Below are positions 9,736-19,899 of a stretch of 64,000 nucleotides of DNA, piece by piece; the stretch's first letter is position 1; each line of letters starts with the position of its first letter. The DNA comes from a bacterium. GTDB taxonomy: Bacteria; Planctomycetota; Planctomycetia; Pirellulales; Pirellulaceae. The translations under genes and the position numbers were made by a program. The notes under the pieces were generated by a model. The model ran no database searches and was not told the DNA's origin. It saw only the letters and a list, made by a program, of their open reading frames with translations. The stretch spans positions 86,458-150,457 of the forward strand of contig JAUIGN010000007.1 in assembly GCA_030430075.1 (NCBI GenBank). The letters are read 5' to 3'.

Positions 9736-10595
9736 TCGTGCCCCGGCTGGTAGACGATCGGCTCCTCGCCGATATCGAGGACGCGCGGCGCGACCCCGAC
9801 GGACTGCACCTCTGGTGGCTGGGTCAAAGTGGTTTCCTGGTCCACTGGCGCGATCGCCGTCTGCTCATTGATCCGTATCTATCGGACTCGCTAACCGAAA
9901 AGTATGCGGCGACCGACAAGCCTCACGAGCGCATGAGTCAGTTGGTGGTCGACCCCGCCCGCTTGGACGCGATCGATCTGGTGACGTCCAGCCACAATCA
10001 CACCGATCACCTTGACGGACCGACGCTGACGGCAGTGATGAGGGCGAATCCTGAGGTGGAAGTGCTTGTCCCGGCGGCGAATCGGCAATTTGCGGCTGAA
10101 CGGCTCGCCGTGAGCTCCGATCGGCTCGTCGAAATCGACGCCGGTGAGACGCTGACGACCGCCGCGATTACGGTTCACGCGGTGCCGGCCGCTCATGAGG
10201 CAGTCGAGCGGGATGCGGAAGGCCGCTGCCGGTTCCTGGGATACGTGTTCGAAGTGGGACCCTGGTCGGTCTTTCATAGCGGCGACACCGTACGCTACCC
10301 TGGGATGGCGGAGCAGTTGAAGCGGTGGCGGATTGATGTCGCGATTCTGCCGATCAACGGGCGCGCCGCGGAACGGCGTGTGGCCGGGAACCTGTGGGGC
10401 GATGAGGCGGCGCGGCTGGCACACGAGATACGCGCAGGCGTTGTGATCCCCTGCCATTACGACATGTTCCGCTTCAATACGGCGACTCCTGATCTATTCG
10501 CGCGGACGGCCCGGGAAGCCGGGCAGACCTTTCGAGTCCTCGAACTTGGCGAGCGTTTTACGCTGTCGCCGGCCAAACTGCGGTCGAGCGACTGA
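9732..10595 (+). CDS. MBL-fold metallo-hydrolase
   Basis: It carries the HxHxDH metal motif (SSHNHTDHLDG) after LWWLGQSGFLV. Its start overlaps the upstream stop as ATGA. Confidence 0.8.
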   Translation: MIVPRLVDDRLLADIEDARRDPDGLHLWWLGQSGFLVHWRDRRLLIDPYLSDSLTEKYAATDKPHERMSQLVVDPARLDAIDLVTSSHNHTDHLDGPTLTAVMRANPEVEVLVPAANRQFAAERLAVSSDRLVEIDAGETLTTAAITVHAVPAAHEAVERDAEGRCRFLGYVFEVGPWSVFHSGDTVRYPGMAEQLKRWRIDVAILPINGRAAERRVAGNLWGDEAARLAHEIRAGVVIPCHYDMFRFNTATPDLFARTAREAGQTFRVLELGERFTLSPAKLRSSD

Positions 10596-10650
10596 GGAAC
10601 GAGCGACCAATCGCTTTCCCCGACGCGTGCGCCGTCCCAAGCTCCATAAG

Positions 10651-10694
10651 TCATGCTGCGCATGAGGAAACTCCCTAGGTCATGCTGTGCATGA
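10651..10694. repeat. Two adjacent copies of the TCATGC-N3-GCATGA palindrome (10651..10665 and 10680..10694)
   Basis: A direct read shows both. They lie between convergent genes. Confidence 0.7.
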
Positions 10695-10833
10695 CGAAAC
10701 GCTGAGCCTTGCACTGCAGCGTGATTCGTCCATGAATGATCCGCGTTCGCAACGACCGCCTGAAGTTGGAGACCGATCGGTCAGCCGTTTCCACGGGGTC
10801 GGAGACCCGCGGCGAACCGTCGTGTCAGCGAAC

Positions 10834-11976
10834 TCATTCACCTGCCTGGCGGCGAAGGACTTCCTGGGCTGTCTTGGTATCGGGGAAATCCTTCAAGATC
10901 TTCGTGTAATAATACTTCGCCATGCGTTCGTTCTTGATCGCTTCCATGTCGTCGGCAAACCCCAGCCACTTGGCCGCCTTCCGTTCGGCCAACGATTCTT
11001 TCTCCTTCTTGCTGCCTGCCGCGGCCTTTGCAAGGCCGGTGCCCGTAACCCGACCGCCGCTGGTGACAAAACGATAGTCGCCGCCGGTCAGCTTGGAAAT
11101 CTCATTCATGTTCCGCCGACTGGCGGGATCTTCGAAGGCGATGGAATGGACCGGAATCTTCCCCGGGTTCGATCGTTCCACGACGGTCTTCGCATCGACC
11201 ACTTCTCCGCCGAGAAAGCCGGCCGGTTTGGGCTTGTTGAATTTTCCATCCGAGAGAAAGAAGACGGCGCTCGGTGATAGCTTGAGCCCCACATGCAACG
11301 CCCGCTGGGGATGGGTGGAACCGGTGGCTTTGATCGAATTGAGCCATTCTCGCAGACGCGTCTTGTTTTCTTCCGTGGCGGGCAGCATCGCCGGCGTCAG
11401 GGATTCTTCGTCGAACATCTGCCGGGTGGAACTGGCAAACAGCAGCACGTAAAAAAGTTGCTCCTCGTGGAGTTGCTCGATCGATCGCAGCAGCTCGTTG
11501 ACGGCGCGCCGCAACCGCCGACCACTCCCTTTGTTCATGCTGCCGGAAACGTCCAGCACGTACACGAAGCGATTGCCGTTCGCCTGAGTGCCGAAGAACG
11601 AGGCCTGACCCTGGCCGCCGTTGTTTCCTGTTGCCGTCCCGGCCGTTACGTGATTCTTGCCCGTCCCTTTTTCGCCCGTCGCCAGGTTGGTTAGCGCAAA
11701 CGTGACGTCCAGAGATGCTTCTTCCTGGGCGCCGAGCACGTCCAGCAGCAACGGCTCGTCCTCTGCCGTCATTTCCGGCTGTGCGAGCATGACATCCAGC
11801 ACCACCAGCTCGGCGCCAGGCTCGTCAACCGTGACTTCGAGGTCAATGGGATCGCGGTGCAAGCCCATCGGCAGGAGCGTGAGAAGAAGGCCGCTGATGA
11901 TCGTCAAGTGAACAAGAAAGGAGATCCCGTACCCCGAGTAGAGGCAACGATCCGCTCGGTCGAGCAACCGATCCAT
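10834..11976 (-). CDS. von Willebrand factor A (VWA) domain membrane protein
   Basis: An N-terminal TM helix is followed by a MIDAS-containing VWA segment, FVYVLDVSGSMNKGSGRRLRRAVNELL...FYVLLFASS. Confidence 0.7.
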   Translation of the reverse strand: MDRLLDRADRCLYSGYGISFLVHLTIISGLLLTLLPMGLHRDPIDLEVTVDEPGAELVVLDVMLAQPEMTAEDEPLLLDVLGAQEEASLDVTFALTNLATGEKGTGKNHVTAGTATGNNGGQGQASFFGTQANGNRFVYVLDVSGSMNKGSGRRLRRAVNELLRSIEQLHEEQLFYVLLFASSTRQMFDEESLTPAMLPATEENKTRLREWLNSIKATGSTHPQRALHVGLKLSPSAVFFLSDGKFNKPKPAGFLGGEVVDAKTVVERSNPGKIPVHSIAFEDPASRRNMNEISKLTGGDYRFVTSGGRVTGTGLAKAAAGSKKEKESLAERKAAKWLGFADDMEAIKNERMAKYYYTKILKDFPDTKTAQEVLRRQAGE

Positions 11977-12201
11977 GATAGGTTCCTAAGCCATGACCCC
12001 CGTCACTCATTCATTTGGGCAGATCCCATCGCGAAAAGCAAGTCGGAGGCGGCTCGGCGCGGCGCCTCAGTTGCATCGCCGCGGGGCACGGCGTGCGACT
12101 TGAAATGCTCGGCAATAGAAAAAGCCGGCCCCCAAATGAGGGCCGGCTCGGTGATGGCGCGACAACCGCCAGCGGCTACCGGCGGAGATTAGCGTTGTCG
12201 A

Positions 12202-14067
<1,866 letters not shown>

Positions 14068-14104
14068 GTTTGTGTTTCCTTCACAGAGTAGTTGATGGCA
14101 CGTC

Positions 14105-16306
14105 TTATTCGCTGGGCGTCACGACCAGGTTGTCGAAGTACGAGTCCGCCAAGGCGTAGTTATAGAGTCCCGGGCTTCCCGTCAGGTTGGCATGGGGGTC
14201 GACGGTTTCCAGGGTCCACGCCTCCGGTTCGGGCTCGCCCCGCTTCCAGATCTTTCCGTGCAGGTGCGCCTCTTCGCCCTTGATATCCACACGAAACTTC
14301 ATGGTGTACCAGATGTCCGGATCCGAGCGAAAGCGAATCTCTTTCGCCATGCGGAGATGCGGAGGCCAACTCTGGACGGAGAGTTTGACCAGGTTGCCCT
14401 TGATAATGAAGTTGTAGCGATTGGCTGTAATGCCGATGCTGGGCAGGCGTCGCTTTTGTTCCTTCATCAGGACGTCTGCTTGGATTGTGTACCCGCTCAT
14501 CGTCGAATCACCCAGCCAAACGTAGGAGCTGGGGCGGCCTTTGGCGGCAGTTGCTTTCTTGAGGCCTTTCTCCCCGTCGACTTCCGCCGGCGCAACGACG
14601 ATTCCATTCACCCAGGTGGCGGGCCGCTGGCCATCATTGAAATCAAACTTCCAGGGTAGCTTCGGAAACACGCGCAGCCGCGCCTGGGCGGTCAGATCAC
14701 CGTGTTTGGCAACCACGTGCCCAGCCAACCGCAGGTTGCCTTCGCCGACGACCAGCTTGCTGCCGTCGACTTGGACTCCTTCCAGGTCGGCTTGCGGTTC
14801 GAGTTGGGGTTCCAGCTTCTTGACGAACCGGCCGTTCTTGTCGAAGGCATGAAGTTCGTAGGGAACCTCGCCGGTGCCGTTGATGTAGGTTTCAAACGGG
14901 ACAAGCTGAATGGTCGCGATCTCGTCGGTGGCCGGCGTCTCGTCCGGCAGCGAGGGAATGGGATCGCTATCGGGTTTTCGATCCTCTTGGCCGAGACAGA
15001 TCGTGCGGTCCCGGGTAACCAGGAAAATCCGCCCATCGGAGATCGCGGGCGAGGCGTAGATTTCGTCGGTCCCTGCCCCGGTCGCATCCAAGAGTTCCCG
15101 GTGGGACAGCGTCTCGCAACCCTCGCGGCTCGGCTTGAGGATATGAATATTCCCGTTCACTTCCATGACGTAGATTTTGCCATCGGCCCAGACGGGTGAA
15201 CCCTTACCGACGGAGCCCAGATCCTTGACCCACAGTTCCTCACCCGTCTTGCTATCGTAGGCATGCATGTTGCCGGTGTCGGCGACCACGTACAGAATGC
15301 CGTCTTTGACCAGCAGGCCGGTGTATCCGGCCTTGACGTTGTTCACTCGCCACACGCTATGAGACTCGGTTACGTCCCCGCTGCCGGTGGCGTCGATGCA
15401 TTGGATCCGACCAAATGCGGTACTGTCGATATTGTCTTCGCCGTGGGAGATGTAAACGAGGTTGCCGTCGACCACGGGGGACGCGTTGAGGCCTCGCTTG
15501 GACATATGGAATCCCCAGATCGACTCGCCCGTGCGGGCGTTGATTCCGTAGATCCCTCCATCTGCGTTGCCACAGATCAACTGCCGTTGCCCGTTGATCA
15601 CCGCGACGATCGGATTGGAGTACGTAGTGTCCTCGGGCGCGCCGCCGGGCGCCGCGGTCCAGAGCAGCCGGCCGTCATTCTTGTCAAAGGCATAGAACGT
15701 ATGCTTGGGCGCGGGGCCCTTGGTTTCGCCCCAGTTGCGAGCCAGGAAGGCCACGATCACGCGATTCTCATCAATGATGGGTGTTTGGGTACGGCCGCCG
15801 TAACCAGAGATCTTGCCGAAATCTTCGAACAGCGAATGTTCCCAGAGGATGTTCCCGTCCGGATCGTAGCAACGGAAGATGCCGCTCACCGAGTGGACGA
15901 TGGCGTTCCCGGTCTCCGAGTCGCCAACCATGCTGGCCCATCCGACACGAGGTGCCGCGATGTCGGTCTGGAACACGTTGAACTCGTGTCGCCAAAGTTC
16001 TTTTCCGGTGGCGGCGTCGGCGCAAAGGACGTGCTCGCGGGCATGCACTTTTTCTGGGCCGTTGACGTTGTGCGTCGTACGCGCGTTCAGAAACATGCGT
16101 CCCTTGACGATGACCGGAGTTGCCCGACCGCCGTACGGCTGGTCCCAGAGGACGTTCTGTTTGCCTTCGAGGGACCAGTCACTGACAAGGCCCTTGTCGC
16201 GGGATACACCGTTCTGTTCGGGACCTCTCCAATAGGCCCAGTCCGCAGCCTGGGTGATCCCGGCGCACAAGATCGTGGAGATGAGCAGGCAAAGTCGTGT
16301 TTTCAT
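14105..16306 (-). CDS. PQQ-like beta-propeller repeat protein, secreted
   Basis: The signal peptide reads [20 protein letters not shown]^AD. It has multiple PQQ/WD-like blades ([58 protein letters not shown]). It lies 37 bp upstream of the first PQQ gene. Confidence 0.75.
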   Translation of the reverse strand: MKTRLCLLISTILCAGITQAADWAYWRGPEQNGVSRDKGLVSDWSLEGKQNVLWDQPYGGRATPVIVKGRMFLNARTTHNVNGPEKVHAREHVLCADAATGKELWRHEFNVFQTDIAAPRVGWASMVGDSETGNAIVHSVSGIFRCYDPDGNILWEHSLFEDFGKISGYGGRTQTPIIDENRVIVAFLARNWGETKGPAPKHTFYAFDKNDGRLLWTAAPGGAPEDTTYSNPIVAVINGQRQLICGNADGGIYGINARTGESIWGFHMSKRGLNASPVVDGNLVYISHGEDNIDSTAFGRIQCIDATGSGDVTESHSVWRVNNVKAGYTGLLVKDGILYVVADTGNMHAYDSKTGEELWVKDLGSVGKGSPVWADGKIYVMEVNGNIHILKPSREGCETLSHRELLDATGAGTDEIYASPAISDGRIFLVTRDRTICLGQEDRKPDSDPIPSLPDETPATDEIATIQLVPFETYINGTGEVPYELHAFDKNGRFVKKLEPQLEPQADLEGVQVDGSKLVVGEGNLRLAGHVVAKHGDLTAQARLRVFPKLPWKFDFNDGQRPATWVNGIVVAPAEVDGEKGLKKATAAKGRPSSYVWLGDSTMSGYTIQADVLMKEQKRRLPSIGITANRYNFIIKGNLVKLSVQSWPPHLRMAKEIRFRSDPDIWYTMKFRVDIKGEEAHLHGKIWKRGEPEPEAWTLETVDPHANLTGSPGLYNYALADSYFDNLVVTPSE

Positions 16307-16418
16307 CAGGGTACCTCGTGGTGTCGGCTCGAGTCCGGCGCGGTACGCCGGACGGTGGTGGATCTAGACAGTCTTGGTTCGGTTTCGAGTGCTGATCCGG
16401 GCGTCACGGCGCGTTGCC

Positions 16419-16784
16419 TCAATCGTCAAACCACTCGTCCTCGGGGTCGAATTTCGGGTAGACGACGATCAACACTTTCATGTTCCCGACGGCCCGGTGC
16501 CTCGTGCCCGGGCGGATCATGATGCAGACCCCGGGTTGCACGTCGAGCAACTGGTCGTCGACCTGCATTTTTGCGTCCGGCCCGCACTCGAGGAAGTAAT
16601 AGGTTTCCGTCAAGCGCTTGTGGTAGTGGAGCCGTGCTTCGGCCGAGATCTCGGTGACATGAATCGTGCCGGGATAGTCGGCCACATCACGAAAGGCCCG
16701 GCGGGCCTGGCCACAAGGGCAGGGGACGGGTGGCAGGTCCGTAAAGTCAACCAATTCGTAGCCGGGCTGGCTGGTAGCGGTCAT
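16419..16784 (-). CDS. Cupin domain protein
   Basis: Cupin-2-like motifs read HYHKRLTETYYFLEG...VQPGVCIMIRPGTRHRAVG. The start is placed at the Met of MTATSQ rather than the ORF-track 16871. Confidence 0.6.
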   Translation of the reverse strand: MTATSQPGYELVDFTDLPPVPCPCGQARRAFRDVADYPGTIHVTEISAEARLHYHKRLTETYYFLECGPDAKMQVDDQLLDVQPGVCIMIRPGTRHRAVGNMKVLIVVYPKFDPEDEWFDD

Positions 16785-17404
16785 CGAGAACAACCATGGG
16801 CGGGAAATAGCCGGCAGGAAAACCCTGCCGACGCCGCATATCTTATCAAATCGCAAATCGCCCGACCACAACCTCTCACGACGAGTTCGTCGGCCGGCGG
16901 CCCCGGCGGCGTCCCGTGCGGTTGGTAAACCTTAACGATTGGGTATCCGTTAACGCCTGCCGACCGCCGAATTCAGGCCGGATCGGCGTATCAACCGGCA
17001 TCGTTGGATCACCTTACCAAGCCGTCAAGGTTTATCTAAAGGTAGTTGTAAACCACTTGCTGAAAAATGGTTCCGATCATTCAAGCGGTCTTGACGGCTG
17101 GGACGATACGGTAGTTGTCGGGCGTCGCGGACTTTGACTGACCGCGGCCAACGACACGACAGACCGGAGCAGACTTTATCGAGTCAAGGAATGGCTCGGC
17201 CGGTTCAAACGTCGTACGCTGTTTGCCGTGGAAAACCCGACATTCGCCACCAAACAGCAAGCAAGTCGAAACGGAATTCATTGCTTTCGGTTCGCAAGAA
17301 TCAACCGCGGAGCAGATGTGCGTGTTGGACCCGCATCCTACGCTCACCATCGGCCCCCGAACTTGATCGACTTGCAACAGCGGCAGTCGATGGTTCCATC
17401 GTAC

Positions 17405-17410
17405 AAGGAG
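17405..17410 (+). promoter_or_regulatory. Shine-Dalgarno sequence AAGGAG, 10 nt upstream of ATG 17421
   Basis: A direct read shows this is a strong SD, which is uncommon in this window. Confidence 0.6.
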
Positions 17411-17420
17411 ACATGGCTCG

Positions 17421-18215
17421 ATGAAGTGGAAAATCTTGTTAGGGACAGTAGTGCTGGGCATTGGCCTGTCTACTCAAAGCTTCGGCTTCGAGTTGCTTGA
17501 CCGGATGCTGGGCGTTTCCCAGAAGAGCGGTAAAGGTGGTTGCGGCTGTGCCCAAAAGGACAGCGGCAAAGGCGCCTGTCAAAAGGGTGGTTGCGGCCTG
17601 TTGGGCGGACACGCTCAGAAGGGTGGCTGCGGCGGCGCTTGCCAGAAAGATGGTAAGGGCGGATGCGGCGGTGCTTGCCAGAAAGACGGCAAGGGCGGTT
17701 GCGGCGGTGCTTGCCAGAAGGACGGCAAGGGCGCCTGCCAGAAGGACGGTAAGGGCGGATGCGGCGGTGCTTGCCAGAAGGGCGGCCTCTTCGGGCACGT
17801 CCAAAAGGGTGGCAAGGGCGGTTGCGGCGGTGCTTGCCAGAAGGACGGCAAGGGTGCCTGCCAGAAGGACGGTAAGGGCGGTTGCGGCGGTGCTTGCCAG
17901 AAAGACGGCAAGGGCGCCTGCCAAAAGGACGGTAAGGGTGGATGCGGCGGTGCTTGCCAGAAAGACGGCAAGGGCGCCTGCCAGAAGGGTGGCAAAGGTC
18001 ACTCGACCCTGTTCGATCGCCTGTTCGGTTGCCGTAGCTGCGGCAAGGGCGGCAAAGGCAAGGGCGACAAAGGCGGCGACAAGGCCTACACCAGCGATGC
18101 ACCTGCTGGCGACGGTGAAGTCGAAGCTCCGATGCCTCCCGCACCGGTTGTCGATCCTTCGGCCTTCCTGCAGACGCGTCGTCCCGTCATCCAAGCGACC
18201 AGCTACGTTCGCTAG
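17421..18215 (+). CDS. Secreted Cys/Gly/Lys-rich tandem-repeat protein with ~12 copies of CGGACQKDGKG(G/A). It is possibly metal-binding.
   Basis: It has the Sec signal MKWKILLGTVVLGIGLSTQSFG, then 14-residue repeats GGCGGACQKDGKGx and a Lys/Gly tail. It has a strong SD and a strong intrinsic terminator. There is no recognisable family. Confidence 0.7.
   Translation: MKWKILLGTVVLGIGLSTQSFGFELLDRMLGVSQKSGKGGCGCAQKDSGKGACQKGGCGLLGGHAQKGGCGGACQKDGKGGCGGACQKDGKGGCGGACQKDGKGACQKDGKGGCGGACQKGGLFGHVQKGGKGGCGGACQKDGKGACQKDGKGGCGGACQKDGKGACQKDGKGGCGGACQKDGKGACQKGGKGHSTLFDRLFGCRSCGKGGKGKGDKGGDKAYTSDAPAGDGEVEAPMPPAPVVDPSAFLQTRRPVIQATSYVR
17560..18010. repeat. ~42-bp coding tandem repeat (ggcggtgcttgccagaaagacggcaagggcggttgc) of ~10 or more units
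   Basis: A direct read shows the repeat. It generates many spurious antisense and alternate-frame ORFs (17439..18194, 17461..18231, 17470..18144, 17615..17995). Confidence 0.85.
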
Positions 18216-18246
18216 TCCGGCTCTGACGTGATGAATTCGATACGAA

Positions 18247-18283
18247 AACGGCCTGTTGGAGAAATCCTTCAGGCCGTTTTTTG
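18247..18283 (+). terminator. Rho-independent terminator
   Basis: The sequence is aacggcctg-(14 nt loop)-caggccgtt followed by TTTTTTG. It has a 9-bp perfect stem and lies 30 bp after the stop of the Cys-rich gene. Confidence 0.75.
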
Positions 18284-18324
18284 TTTCGAAGCGTGTCCCG
18301 GTCGCCGATGCCGGGCTGCCCAGG

Positions 18325-19503
18325 TCAGGCGTTCACTGATTCCGCGGAGGCCGCCTGAATCAAGCCGCTGGCGAATCCCAGCAAATCACCCCGTTGCCGA
18401 CAGAACCGCTTGACCGGCTCGAAGTCCCGCGCCTGCTCCGACAGCTCCAACAGGATCGGGACGACCTGTGCCTCCTGGTTCCGCGGATTCTCACCGAATG
18501 CGATCAGCGCTTCAATTGCCTCGCCGGGCCGTTGGACGCGATCCAGCAACTGCACGTAGACCTCCATCGGTTGCGATCCATGTTCGCCCGGATCAAGGGA
18601 CATCGCCTTATCCCGAAAGAAGGCGACCGCTTCATCCACCTGCTCGCCCAACAACGCGGCGAAATACAATGCGTGGCTGGGATAGATGTCCGCAAACGGT
18701 TCATCCCCCTGGTACTGAAACTGAGAGCTCAACTTGCGGCCGTAGGCCGTCAGGTCCAGCGCCAGCCGGAGTTGCCCGGGGTCTTCCAGAACTCGAGCGA
18801 AGCGGACCGTCGATGCGAGGTGTGTCGTATCGACATGATACGAGTGCTCGCCAAACATCCAGTCGCGGTCCGCCACCAACTCTGCCAGCGTCGTTTCCGG
18901 CGGCTCGCTTCCCTCCTGCTGTGCGATATCGGCCCGCACGCTGGCCAGCAGCTCGCCGTGCAGATGCTCGACAAGCAGCCCGGCGGCGGCACGCTGGTCG
19001 GGGAGCGGTTGGCGAGCCACGCTCGACTCGTACGTCGTGATCGCGTTGCACGTGCCGTAGTGTTCCAGCACGAGGCCGTAACCCCGACTCGGGTCCACAC
19101 CTTCGTGGAGGCAGATCTCGATCAACTCTTCGACGTTGTCCTCGGTCGGCTCGATCGCCTGGAGCGCCTTGGCGACTGCCGGACGATCACCGATCGGCCG
19201 CATGTACATCCATCCCTCGCGCGCCGAACCATCGTCCAGCAGCAACATGCCGACTTCGCGGCAGGCTTCCAACAGCCCGTCCTCCAGGCCGTTCCGCTGC
19301 GACTCGTCCAGTTCGTCCCCCGATTCGCTGTAGGTGATCGGCAAGCCAAGTCCGTGCCGAACCTTCATTTTCAGCGCTTCAAACAGCTCGTGATACTTCT
19401 TCTCCTCCCGCAACTGAGAGATCAGTTGATCCAGGACCCCCGTAACGCCGCCGTCGGCGAGTCCCTGTTCAAGTTGATCGAAGTTGTCTTGGGGCGTGGA
19501 CAT
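18325..19503 (-). CDS. Hypothetical protein, predicted mostly alpha-helical
   Basis: It is a long ORF with coding-like composition. The start is re-placed at MSTPQDNFDQLEQ (ATG 19503). The ORF-track N-terminal 116 residues are Arg/Pro-rich leader. No family was recognised. Confidence 0.5.
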   Translation of the reverse strand: MSTPQDNFDQLEQGLADGGVTGVLDQLISQLREEKKYHELFEALKMKVRHGLGLPITYSESGDELDESQRNGLEDGLLEACREVGMLLLDDGSAREGWMYMRPIGDRPAVAKALQAIEPTEDNVEELIEICLHEGVDPSRGYGLVLEHYGTCNAITTYESSVARQPLPDQRAAAGLLVEHLHGELLASVRADIAQQEGSEPPETTLAELVADRDWMFGEHSYHVDTTHLASTVRFARVLEDPGQLRLALDLTAYGRKLSSQFQYQGDEPFADIYPSHALYFAALLGEQVDEAVAFFRDKAMSLDPGEHGSQPMEVYVQLLDRVQRPGEAIEALIAFGENPRNQEAQVVPILLELSEQARDFEPVKRFCRQRGDLLGFASGLIQAASAESVNA

Positions 19504-19899
19504 AACGTGATTCCGATGGCCTGGGGTGCACTTAACAACGGGATGATCGTGACACCGTTGCCGCGGATCCGGTGACGAATACCGAGCCGGCCAGGGCGGG
19601 AGGCTCGGGCTGCCCGTCCGGGTGGTGGTTGGCGGCAAGCGGCCGCCGGCGGGACGCCGGCGCGTACCCCATCCTAACAACTGGTAACCGGTCCGGGTAG
19701 AGACGGCCGTGCCGCGCAGGGCTGGCCCGCGAAGTGAGCCGGGCGTCCGGCCCGGCATCACGACGGGTATCGTTCGGACCGGTGCCGGTGGCCAGGTCGC
19801 ATCGTCGTCTGCACCAAGGATTTCCTGCCGGCCGCACCCGCCGCTCAACTCAACCTGGCCTTGTTCCGCGAATCCGAGGGATCAAGTAGCATAGCTAGA

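Noticed and set aside
16860-17420. tRNA or other small structured RNA in the long leader
   Set aside because: No cloverleaf or T-loop (GTTCRANYC) plus acceptor pattern could be assembled by eye. It is left as an unclassified leader; see the leader finding.
17439-18231. Multiple overlapping ORFs (17439..18194 -, 17461..18231 +, 17470..18144 -, 17615..17995 -)
   Set aside because: They are generated by the 42-bp tandem repeat in all frames. Only the 17421..18215 frame has a signal peptide, SD and terminator.
18394-19575. + strand ORF of 393 aa
   Set aside because: It is antisense to the 18325..19503 gene. It is Arg/Leu-rich and lacks hydrophobic-core periodicity.
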